Origin: Selaginella moellendorffii
Taxonomy: Eukaryota; Plantae; Lycopodiophyta
NCBI RefSeq assembly: GCF_000143415.4
Contig: NW_003314458.1
Location: 1-64,000 of the forward strand
DNA: 64,000 nt
Direction: 5' to 3'
Shown here: one piece after another, positions 1-11,253 of the stretch
How positions within the stretch are numbered: the first letter of the stretch is position 1
Layout of the letters: every line of letters starts with the position of its first letter
Notes under the pieces: generated by a model
Database searches by the model: none
What the model saw: only the letters and a program-made list of their open reading frames with translations
Told to the model about the DNA's origin: nothing
Program-made: the position numbers and the translations under genes

Positions 1-3000
1 GGTACCCTGTCGCGTCACCGCATTCCCAGTCCGGTTGAGCAGATTATGGAGATGCGGATAGTGCTTGGCTAGACAATATACATGCCATAAATGATGACTG
101 GTGTCTGTCCGATCAAATGGCTTCTGATATACCGTTCCATCTGCCATTTAGTTGATTTCTGCAGCCACCTCCTGGACTGGCTGGTTCTCTATCACCATCG
201 CTTCAAGCCGTTTTGCAAGGTCCCCCAGAACATACGGTTTCTTCTCCCTAGTTTCCATACTGCAAGAGATGGGGTGCACTGCATATGTGTGTGTGTTCGT
301 TGCAGTTTTAATCGGCGAGTCATCGATGATGAGGATTTCACTTGACCTAGCAGTCCGGTTCATCACTACAGCCTCTGGCTTGACGAAGATGGGCTTGCTA
401 CCCCTCACATGGACCATAGTCAAGCAATCCTCCTGCGTTAGGAGAAAGTCAAATGGTAATATTACTCGCGTCTGATCATGCATCATATGTAGCAACGTTA
501 ATGCATTGTGGCGCATCATGGATGTCCAAACTCCCAATTGCAAATTGAACCCGGCCCTCTGTTTTAAGTGTCGCATGGTCATTATTAGATCCCGCAGTTT
601 CTCCCGTGTGATTAATGTGAATCTGTCTCTTTTGACCAACTTGCGACCGCAGGCTTTAGAGGGTGCAGTGATATTCGAGGACGAGCCACGCTCATGGGAG
701 AAAAGGACACCGTTTAGATCAAAAATGATACAGTACTTTCGCCGTGACTCTGAAATGCGTCAGCATAAAAAATGGTACAAGTCAATTTTACCATCTGCAA
801 TATTAGCGAATGGTGCTCCCGATGGTCGTTCAGAGGGTTTTGGTCGAGGAACATGAAGGGCAGAAATACTCTCCTCTGCAATGTGGGGTCAATCGCATCT
901 GATGGCGTGTGGGCACATGCCATTTCAGCTGTAGACTCTGGTACAACTGGCTCAACAGTGGCATGGGGTGGTTCCGATGGCGTGTGATCACACGCCATTT
1001 CAGCTGGTGCCTCCGTTGGCAAAGTGGACATGACCGAACAGGCAGCAGGGGCGGTGTAGGGAGGTTCCAACGGCGCGTAGTCAGACGATTGGGCACACGT
1101 TGAGTCCGTTGGAAATGAGGATACGACCGGCTCGGCGGCTGGGGCGGCCTCATGCGGGTCCAATGGCGCCTGGTCACCGTCAGTTGGATACGTGGACAAG
1201 ATTGACTCAGTGGTATGGGCAGCATCAAGTGGAGCGTGGTCAGCTTGCTTGGCGTTGATATGGATAGTAGCCTCCACCAGCTCTGATGACTCTTGCAGGC
1301 AAGTAGAGTCCACTGGCGGATCCATATGCATGTCCAAATATCTCCCTTCGATTGAGATGGTATCCTCCCTACTGGCTACTAAAAACAAACTCATTAGCAC
1401 ATTGAATCGACTATACTGTATTTACCATCAACTGCTATTGGGCGCACTGCTGATTCTGAAGGATTGGACATACGTTTTGACCCTTGCTTGGCACTATCCT
1501 TCCTCGACACTAAAGGCTAGAGTTTGTATCTTAATTCAACTGAATAATCTCTACTTACCATTTGCTTTGCGACCTACATGGACAATGTTAGAAATGGTAA
1601 AAGGTTAGGAATGGATGTACTATTATTTACCTGATGGTTTGTCTTGTATGACCTTCCTCCGCTGCTCTTTGGCCACCTCAGGCTGGCCATCGTCGTCATC
1701 ATCGTCATCGTCGTTATTGTGATCGTCACCATTGTGAGGACCATCCAAGTCCTCTTCGTCCTCCTCTTCTTCGTCCTCCTCTTCTTTGTCCTCCTCTTCG
1801 TCCTTCTGCTCTTCCTGCTCATTATCTTTCTCTGGCTCCTCATCCCCCTCCTACATTTCTTCCATAGGCTGCTCAGGCTGGATGGCTTGTTTTTCCAGGA
1901 CCATCTTGGGAAAATCATCTGGCCGAGTCTCCATCTCAAAATACAAGACATCCATAGCCTGTTTCAGTGTTTGACCTAGGACCGTATCCTCACCCGACTG
2001 TCTTAACATGGTTTCTGCACGTTCTTGCACCCTTTGAAGACGACGAGATGAGAAAAACGTGGCCCTGACTTGAAAAGCATCCCTCATCCATTGTACCTCT
2101 CCATTGAGATTGGGGAAGGAGAGTCCACCATAGGAATCTGAGTCAGGAGGTGGTGACTGGCTCCTTTCACTCAGCCCTTGATCTGCAATGAATGGCATGA
2201 GCACACACGCCATAACCGCGAGGCATTACCTATCATCTTTTCGTTGCTCTTCTTCCTTTTCGAATCAAACGCCTCTGATCCCGACGACTGTCCAACGTGC
2301 TTTTGCTTTTTATGACCACTGTCAGTTTGAGCTTGACTGGTGCTTGCCTGTTTTGCCTTTGAAGAAGTGTCTCCTGCAAGGAATGGCATGAGACCACACG
2401 CCATTGCAAATATGATTTGTACCTCCTTTTTTCTTATTGCTTGTCTGTTTGTCCTTCTTCGACGCGCCACCAGTGCGCTTTTCAGTCCTCGTGTCTGAAT
2501 ATTCACAACGATCTATAATCAAAATGGCGTGAGGCCTCACGTGACCTTACCTTGTGCAGGTAGTGAGCTCGGCCTAACATCAGTAGCTGTTAACGCCGTT
2601 TCAGCATCTGGGGGTGGCCACGCTCCTGCATACAAAGCTTGTGAGATAACATTTAAACTTAAAGTGCGTACTCACCAGGTTCGCAGAGAAGATACTGTTT
2701 TTCTTTGGCAACTGTAATTATATGCTCCATTGAAGTCACCTCTTCAATGGAGTTTGTCACCGCAACACACGGGACACCCTTGAGTAGTGCGGCTCGAAAG
2801 AATAGTCCGCCGCAGTTGTACTCGACAACGCATTTGCCCTTGGAGTCACCCGCTATTGCATTGAAGACCCAGCTAAGCATTTCCCATGCTGCACCTGGAG
2901 CTTTCTTTGGATTCGAAAGCTCTATAGCCGTCTTCAGTTCCTCAGGCACGGGTAAATTGACCTCCCTCAGATCAATTCGATCGGCCTTGTTGAACGAAGC

Positions 3001-5062
3001 TGGGAAGTCACTCCAGTCCCACTCTACTGCAGGACCAATAACAAGGGCGAGTGTGAAGATGCGGACATTCGTCGGTATCTTCTTCTTAGCCATTATCCCA
3101 TGGATCTCCCGCATCTCCTTGCCTTTCAACCGAGCCTTCACCTCGTTCAAGGCCTTCCAGAACTTGTGATAGGATTCGGAGTCGTAGATCATATAGTGGA
3201 CTGAAGATTCCACCTCTGCAAGTCCCACCATTAAGTCAATGATGGAGCTGACTTCGTCTGCATGAGTGATCTCCTTGTTTGTGAAGTCCATCACACAAAA
3301 GATGTTCTTGACCTGCTCATCTCCGCGGGAAACAATGCTCCTCCACCTTTGATCCTCATCCGAATTCACGTATACCCGGTAAGGTTCTCGATAGGCCTCT
3401 GCTGCGGGGTCGAGCTGTTTCTGAATCCGGCGGTCGACATCCCTCTTAATGAAATTTGGATACTGATCCAACTTCTCGGCTTTACTTTTCGTGGCATCCT
3501 GCAGCAGATCGATGAACTTAGGGGCCCCCTTCATGTACTCGTCGATGTCTTCATTTGACAAGTCCAGCTCTTCCATCATCTCTTGCCTGGTGTCGATGCT
3601 CACCCTCTCCACGGCCACTTGCTCGAAGATCCAATCCTTCAATAGCGCACGAGCTCTCAGAGTCGTGCACAAGTCCTCGTATGTCACAATATGGCCGGGA
3701 GTCATTTTGGTCCCATTTGTCAAAAACAACTTTTGTCGCGAGTAGAATGTTATGGATGCTGAGTGTGTCATTCACCCCCAGTGTTTTCGAGAGAAGACTC
3801 GAGAATTCCTGCAATGGAAATGGCGTGAGGCCACATGCTATGCCACATGCAACGAGGCTTACCTGCCAGGCGCTAGTTGCTAGTGCACGTCCTTGTCCTG
3901 GTTTTTGTGGCTTCTTCAGTTGAACCCAGAGCTTCCGTGTTCGTGCCAATGTCTCGTGCAAACCCGATTTGTAGCACGTTTCTTGCTTGACATTCTGCGC
4001 GTGGGAGATGGATATGATAGATCGGAGGGGCGAGTTGCCTTTTATCAGGCGGACAACTCTTGTCTTGAAGACTTTCTTCACCTCCTTGCCCACCATAATA
4101 TCCACAACTATCTGTTGCATCGCTAAGCTAGAATGCTGCCCAGAGACGGCATAGAACCGGATGTTTTGATCGTCCAACACCTTCCTATTGATCAAGTTTG
4201 GAAACCTCGTCTCGCCCTTCATTGTTTGGTAGTAGGGGATCACGTCTGCGATGTCGGGTATTACTGGACTTGCCAGCATCTTCTGCTTCAGTTTCTCCAC
4301 CCACTCATCAGATACTAGCCTGTGGTTGTATTTGCTTTGGATGTCGATACGGCTCACGTCGATTGTATATACTTTGTTGGAATAGTAACAAGTACTATTA
4401 TCTGCGACGATTTTTGCTGCCTCTTCTTGCTCTTTCTGCTCTTTGCGGCTCTTCCTTTTGGTGGGTGTAGTGTTCGAACCCGAGGCAATGGCATCACCGA
4501 GTAGCTTCTTTTTTGGAGCAGCAGAGTCGGACGTCGGCTTGAGCTTGACCACCCTTTTCTGCTTCGGGGTAGTTTCCAGATCGACCCCCTTCCCCTTCGC
4601 TTTGCGAACTGGAGGCACTCTCAACGGCTCAATGTTGGAATATAGTTTTTGAACATCACCGTAGGTGAGGTCCGTGGATTCCATGTGATCTTCATAGACT
4701 TGCAGCGTCTTTGAAATTGTGGGCCTTCTGAACAACCTCTCCCTAGCTCCCTTTAGGAATTCCTCATAGCCGCTGCCCCCCTCCGGGAAGCCGCTAGGAT
4801 GTGCAAGGTGGATCTTGAAGGCGGACGCTGTCTCTACCATAAGTGCCAGTCCATATTCTTGCATGGAACTGTATGGAGTGTCTGTCACTTGGATGAGGAT
4901 CCCCATGCATTCTTTTCTCCCACCATCTGTGTTGTATAGCATCAGATCCTCGCCTTCCATCCCGAAAGTCCAGCTGGTGAGCTCCTCCCCCTTCTCTACA
5001 TCCACATTGACAGTGGTTGGAAGAAGAACGCAATTCCTCGCCTGTTCAGAAATGCACAACAA
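1..5062 (-). pseudogene. Multi-exon cargo gene of copy A: ParB-like, degenerate DNA-MTase-like, disordered/acidic/Pro-rich, and FCP1/NIF-like HAD domains
   Basis: Tiny GT-AG introns join the separate ORFs in frame: 3862-3809, three palindrome-bearing introns at ~2180-2550, 1630-1574, 1558-1510, 1473-1379 and 791-750. Lesions: 164-bp deletion at ~3711, TAG at 1851-1853 (CAG in B), a probable 1-bp frameshift near 888, and TAA at 148-150, after which the frame stays open to base 1. The start codon is uncertain. Confidence 0.7.
148..749 (-). other. FCP1/NIF-like HAD phosphatase-fold exon of the cargo gene
   Basis: Extending the 148-639 ORF upstream in frame gives RKYCIIFDLNGVLFSHE (motif I, DLNG variant), followed by LGVWTS, FLLTQEDC, KPIFVKP and ILIIDDSPIKTATN...AVHP. 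This is the motif order of FCP1-homology domains. Confidence 0.7.
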
Positions 5063-5499
5063 TTAGAGCTGACAGATGAAAAGCTAGTAGCTGGAAATAA
5101 CGTGAGGCCACACGCCATTCACCACTGCATCAGATGTCTTGAGGCTGCATCCTAAGATGGCGTGAGGCTACACGCCATCTGTAACCGGACTGCACTCGAG
5201 AGCCCAATCGGTGCATGCCAATGTTGCTACTGAATGGCATGTGGCCTCATGCCATTTTCTACTTGGCCTAAAAGACTTACCATTTGAAGCCGGATGGAGG
5301 CCGTGACAATCGAGGCCGGACTCGCTGGCGAATGTGCACTGTGTGTGCAGCGGATCGTAGCAGCAAGGCTACTCTGCCACTTACAGTTGGAGAGTGGCGC
5401 TGAAATCTCCCGGGATGCCAAGTGGGCTGCGTGTGGGTGGCGGAGTGGGCGGCGGAGTTGGCGGCGAAGTTACAAACTGGGTGTGTCTTGAAGTGGACG

Positions 5500-5666
5500 C
5501 CGATGCACACGAGCGCGATGCGAGCGCGAGTGTGATGCAAGCGCGAGTGGAAGCCAATGCACACGAGAAACCTGTAGAGAAGTGAGCGTGATCGCGAGTG
5601 GGAGCGCGATGCGAGCGGGAGCGCGAGTGTGATGCGAGCGCGAGCGCGAGTGTGCGAGCGCGAGTA
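5500..5666. repeat. GCGA/GCGAGTGTGAT-rich low-complexity tract upstream of the cargo gene
   Basis: Repeated gcgagtgtgatgcgagc units; a shorter version is at ~59515-59670 in copy B. Confidence 0.7.
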
Positions 5667-6004
5667 CGAAGCAAAATGCAAAACCTAACCTCACACGCAC
5701 GAAATGTCACAACGGTTGGTAATCCCGCCACGTCATCATTCCTCGGACTTGGGCGCCACCATTAATTTCTGGATTGCCGCGCGCATGCAAGCACGCAAAA
5801 TCCAAAAGAAATCCGCAACGTCATCATTCCTCGGACTGCATGCACGCGAAATCCAAAAGAAAGATCATGATTGGGATATCATTTAATACCCTCGCTATAT
5901 TTATACCATGCATGATTGGATATTCCAAAGCATCTTGTATTTCCAAAAATGGCAGATGTTCAGCTAAATAAAGAAATTCTATCTGTTTCTATTTTTCTCT
6001 CAAA

Positions 6005-7340
6005 TCAATATTATAGCGTGTGGGCTCATGCAATTTTGAACCAAAGAAACCCAAAAAACGTTGGACCCAAAATATTTTGAAAAAACCCAATAAACCCTAA
6101 ACATTTTAAACCCAAAAATCCAGGCGTCCTGTGGCGTTATTCCTTGAATGGCGTATGGGTGCATGCCATTTTCAGGACCAAATGCTGAATGGAGAAAAAT
6201 TCCCTTTCAGTGCAAATGCTGCAAGAGGCAGATGCCGAGCACAAAAGACTGTAACTACCTCACATGACACAGATAAACTTTTCTCTATTTGGCAAAGATA
6301 AACTTTATAGCATGTGGGCTCATGCAATTTTGAACCCAAAAAATGCACCAAAAAATTCTCGGCGTCATCTGGCGTTATCTCTTGAATGGCATGGGGCCGC
6401 ATGCCATTTTCAGGGGCACATAGGAGTATATTCCTAGGATATTCTGACACGCGCGAGATTGTTTTGAGTTTTCTGGAGATTCAACCGTTAGATCGCAACT
6501 AGATTTTATAGAATGGTATACAATGTCTTTCTTGATGACCCTGCAAAGAAGCATCTTGATCGGACACCACATGAGACCACACGAGCCTTACAATGTTTTA
6601 GGGGCATTTGCCATAGATCCGACCGTTATTTTGCTCCAAGATTTTACAGTTTGGTGTGCATTGACCTTTCCATCGACACTGCAAAGGGACATCACAATCA
6701 GATGCGGGATCACAAGAAACTAACTTCACTAACTCTGGTTTCACCAAGATCTACGTAAGGAGTTATGAAATGAAAGGACCCTCTCTATTGAAATGTGTTT
6801 ATGGTCCTAGGGGCATTGTGACATATCAAAGGATTTTGCATCAAGTTTTGTATTTGCATGTTTATTAAGCTACTGAATTGCTAAACCCTAAACCCTAAAC
6901 CCTAAACATGTGGCAAATGCTGCGTGAAGAAAGATGCCCTTTCTGGGCATATGCTGTAAGAGGCAGATGCCGAGCAGATGTATCTCAGGCTAGCGAAGGG
7001 GACAAACGAAAGCTAGCTATAAACATGACGGGATGCAAATAGATTACTAGGCTGGTCCTGCGAAAATCAAAAACCATAATTGAAAACATTGAAAATGCAA
7101 AAAGAAAGGTTTATAATATTTTTGAATTTTAAGCAACCAAAGGAATGTAAGTAGGGCATGTGTTTGTAAGTTTAAAAATGCCTCAACCACTTAAATTCCC
7201 AAGTAAATAAAGCTGTTTCTATTTTTGGTACAGGTAAACTTTATAGCGTGTGGGCTTATGCAATTTTGAACCCAAAAATGCACCAAAAAATGCTCGACTA
7301 ACATTATTCTTTGAATGGCGTGTGGCCTTATATTGCCATA
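6005..7340. repeat. Three degenerate copies of a ~120-170 bp unit in the intergenic region, each with two palindromes
   Basis: The unit TTATAGCRTGTGGGCTYATGCAATTTTGAACC...TTGAATGGC occurs at ~6010, ~6304 and ~7240. Confidence 0.7.
6881..6907 (+). repeat. Plant-type telomeric repeat / telo-box (CCCTAAA)n
   Basis: ctaaaccctaaaccctaaaccctaaac; one unit shorter in copy B (~58281-58299). Confidence 0.7.
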
Positions 7341-8201
7341 AATGGACGTACACACAGAGCATATTTATTCCTTTACACGGCGAATAATCTTGGCGCGGAT
7401 CGCTGACATGGCATGGCAAAGTTCGAATCACTAACATGGCACAGCTGGATCGAGGCAAGGACATGATGTGACAAAGTTCAACCTCCGACAGCAAAGTCTA
7501 GAAGCTACTCAGTTTGAAATTTGTCAGAGGAGTCATAAGATCTGGTTTGTCAGAGGATTTGATGTGACATTCAAGCGTGTGTTATTTTTGAATTCTCGAA
7601 CTCATTCCTAGGTCTATCATTTTTGTGCGCCGTGTTCTTGGTTCCGCTGAGCACAGTGAGCGCTGCTTGTGTAAGCGGCATTGTGGGCTGTGGTTTATGC
7701 GTCTATGAGTGGTTGCGGCATTGCGAGCGCCATTGCGGGCGGCAGTTTATGCGAGTGGCAGTTTGTGTGAGCGGCGCTACGAGCAGTTGCGGTGTTGCGA
7801 GCAGCGCTACGAGTAGTTGCGGTGTTGCGAGCGGCACTGTCTTTGGTGTGGCTACCGCTTCCTCTTGATATTCGGCACTTGTGCTTCCTGGTATGTTCAC
7901 CATGGAATGGCTTAGGACCACATTTAGAAATGGCATGAGGCCACATGCCATCTTGGGCCTTTGCAATTTCATGGCTAGTGTATTGTCATGTATGTTTTTA
8001 CTTGCCTGCAGCTGTGTGTATATCAAGATGGCATGAGGCCTCATGCCAATTTTGTGAATGCAAAATTTCACGTGGGTGTCAATAGCATGTTTGAATAATG
8101 GCATGTGGCCTCATGCTATTGAGATTGTTTGGTATGTTATGATTTAGGCCATTCTCCAATCATTTTTTGTATGGTCTTAACTTCTTTTCTGCACTTTCAA
8201 A

Positions 8202-10128
8202 ATGGCCTTCAGGGTTGGGGAAAAGGTTTACATTTTGAATGGTGGGAAGAGAGTTGCAAAAGGGACTCTTGTGTCTATGGATCGGAACTTTGTTATACAC
8301 TGTCAAAGGCTTGGGGAAGGCAATGTTGCTATATCAGTAGAGACTGTCTTCGATGGGAATGTGGTCGCTATTGAACGAGGAGAGATGGTTGTTGGGGTAA
8401 ATGTTGTTGTTGCCTTGAAAAATCTTCAGAAGAAAGCAGATGTTGGGGACAGCGCAAGTGCGACGCATGTTCCCTCCGTGGATCTTAAGAACCGTGCTAC
8501 ATGGATTCAAGCGAAGGTGTTTCTAAACAACCCCGAGGGGGAGGTGGTAGATGAGGGCTTAGCCACAGTTGTCGATCCAAGAGATGTGGTTGCTAATCAA
8601 GAATTGGGCTGGGATGATATTGGAGTTGCGATTTTAGAGGTTGTTGACACAGAAGAAAACAGTCTGACTATTGGAAGCATTGTGCGGTGGAAATTGAGGC
8701 ACTTAGTGTTTGAGAATGTGAAGGATTCACAATCAAACACCACTACAACTGATGACAGAACATCTCTTCATGGGGAAAGAAAGTACACCTTCCTAAAGCG
8801 CAGCCAAAGGGATCTGAGCAACGAACCGAAAAGGCAGAAAATGGCGATGGAGGTTTGAATGGTCTCAACAGTTGCTTGTTGCAAGAGGAGGTGCTGTCAA
8901 CATGCTGATTGGGATGCTATTGAAGAGGAGAGAGCAAGATACAAGATATTGTCCTGGAAGGCAGCTCGCAATTTTGTATATAAAGGCATATTTGAAACGG
9001 TTACACTTGGCTTTCTCATGGTTGGGCACACTCATGAAGACGTCGATGCCATGTTCAGTCACCTGGCAGAGTCCCTCCGGCGATCCAATGTCCTCACCCT
9101 CCCACAACTCTACGATGAATTCCAAAATTGCATCAAAGGCACTGTTGAAGCTGCACTTCTGACAAAGGTTCCAGACTTTAAGGGGTTTGTAAGAGGCTAC
9201 ATTAGGGACGGATCCGAAACGCTGATTGGCCACTCCAAGCCTCTTCAGTTTCATTTCAGCATGCGTGACAATGCTCCAGTGATGAGGTACAAGATGAGAG
9301 AATGGGACACAGTGTGGCTGCCAGTGGACGGCATTGAACTCTTCAAGAGAGATCCCATAACTGGGGAACCTATGATTCCTCAGGGTTCCCCACGGCCGAT
9401 GCACCCAAATGGACTCAAAGACCAGGAAAGTATAGTGGCCGGGATTAGACAGCATATTGCCTTCTGGAAGAGGGGGTTGGTGTTTGGTGGAGAATCCTAT
9501 TTTCAGAGGTGCAAGCCTTTGCTCGAATACTGGGAGAAGATTATATCTACTATCCAAAATGGGCCGGTTGTATATGAAGAATTGGAAGAGTCCTTTTGGC
9601 CAGAACCCAGAGCACCAGATAGTAGCGGAACAATGTCCTCTGGAAATGCAGTGATAGATAACGATGTTGAGGATCACTATTGTGGGCCGAGGAACAAGAA
9701 GCCGGATTCAGCATTCAATCCAGTACAGGTCTGCAAAGGAATGGTCGTGCTTGTCAGACCCAGTAATAAAAAACAAATGATATGGGTGGGGCGCTGCATC
9801 ACTGATGCAGAGGAGGACGCGGAAACTAACTCCTTCAATGTAACTGTGGAGTGGTTCAAGCCAAGTTCCGGATATACGAAGGATTGCCTAGAAAAGAGAT
9901 GGGTGCTGAATCCAAGGGATCCCAGCATGAGCATATCGGTGGATAATGTTGTGCATGGTTGGATGCGGAAGCAGAGTGCCACCATCACCTTGCCAGACCA
10001 TGCAAGAGATGCAGCAAGAGCATTCATAACCCGGGTTCAAGGTGAGATTCATTAATATTCCTTTACTAAGTTTCTAATGTATTTTATTTCAAGGTGAACA
10101 ATCCGAATCTGAATCAGAGGAGGCATGA
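8202..10128 (+). pseudogene. Transposase of copy A, inactivated
   Basis: Same protein as copy B, but with a CGA>TGA stop at 8856-8858 and a ~1.2-kb deletion at ~8977-8982 (ARNFVY joined to KGIFETV) that removes D1 and D2. A 52-nt GT-AG intron at 10042-10093 gives a short final exon (G)EQSESESEEA*. Confidence 0.8.
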
Positions 10129-11253
10129 TGGCATGTGGCCTGAGATGATGTGACATATGCATTTACCAATCACACGTGCATAAATCTAATAATATCGCGT
10201 GTGGCCCATATTAATGGCACATAAACCCATATTGTGGGCTTACGTGCTTTATGTACCATCATTCCCTTGCAGCGTGTGTGTTGGTTTCCTTTTATAACAC
10301 AACGAACTCCATATTTTAGGGTGAAGAGCGTTCTCATGGCAAGCACAAAATCTGTAAGTGAGGCAGAAAAGGAGACGGAGAAGGAGATAGGTGAAGATGT
10401 AGAATATATAAGTCTTCCAAACTCCCCGTACTATACTCCAAGTGATCATTTTTCTAAACAAACGGCAACATTAACAACTATCGAGAACGCCCCAGTAACG
10501 TCAGAGACAACAATCCAAAGCAAAACAACTGACCTGGAGAAGGATGATAGTACCGCTGAGAGTACCAAAAAGGAGGTGTCCACTAGCGCTTAGGCTTATA
10601 ATGGCGTGTGCCCTCATGCCATTTACTTAATCACCAAATACCTTTTTCCCTTTGCACTAGTATATCTTAATACCGGTCTGAGAAATAGAATGGCATGTGC
10701 CCTCAGGCCTTTTACTAAATCACCTTTGAAAGAAATGCAAGCCTCTATGTTGTAAAAAAAAGGTACTAGAGAAATTCCTTAATAATATGAATGTTATTTA
10801 GTTTCATGAAAATACACTAAGGGTCAAATGAGTTAAATGACTTCTCCAGACTAGCAATGCCTCTTGCTACACCTTCACAATTAGATTCGTTAGAAAAAGA
10901 TAACATTGAATAATATCTAAATGTTCTCACCATTAAGTGATATGTCTGGCTAATAGGAATGACGTTCATCTTGGAAAGCTCACCACACGCTCAATGAACA
11001 AACAAATAGTGTGTGCGCGCATGCCATCGCTCTTCTTTAGCTTCAGATTCGGCTTGTTCACCTTGACAATGAGATTTATTATACAACCAGATGGACTCAG
11101 TCTGGACATAAAGTCACCACGCTAGTCACCATGCCCCAGATATGTCTAGCCCCTGGACAAAAAACATATAATTTCACGTCATTTTCAAATACTTGAAAAT
11201 TTGTACCTAGTCCCATTTTACTGAATAAATCCCACTTTAACGAAATAGAGCAT

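Larger units (their letters stand above)
902..10711. repeat. Dispersed 22-bp palindrome ATGGCRTGWG-NN-CWCAYGCCAT, ~20 copies in copy A
   Basis: Copies start at about 902, 977 (perfect: ATGGCGTGTGATCACACGCCAT), 2192, 2383, 2524, 3820, 5097, 5157, 5234, 6013, 6148, 6307, 6386, 7243, 7315, 7930, 8028, 8098, 10601 and 10690, with partial copies at 10128 and 10193. Confidence 0.9.
1..11251 (+). mobile_element. Large DNA transposon, copy A (Sola-like DDD transposase plus ParB/MTase/HAD cargo gene); left part extends beyond the window
   Basis: Near-identical in reverse complement to 52732-63869. Homology stops abruptly at ...CCCACTTTAACGAAATAGAGC(AT), 11251-11253, where a Gypsy pol begins mid-frame (KGKLRKAPVLA). 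Contains a transposase gene. Strand is that of the transposase. Confidence 0.85.

Noticed and set aside
6881-6907. Telomeric repeat as evidence of a chromosome end or healing event
   Set aside because: Only about three units, internal to the transposon and present in both copies.
902-10711. Palindromic repeats as a CRISPR array or bacterial REP elements
   Set aside because: Spacing is irregular (tens to thousands of bp), there are no cas genes, and the context is eukaryotic with introns.
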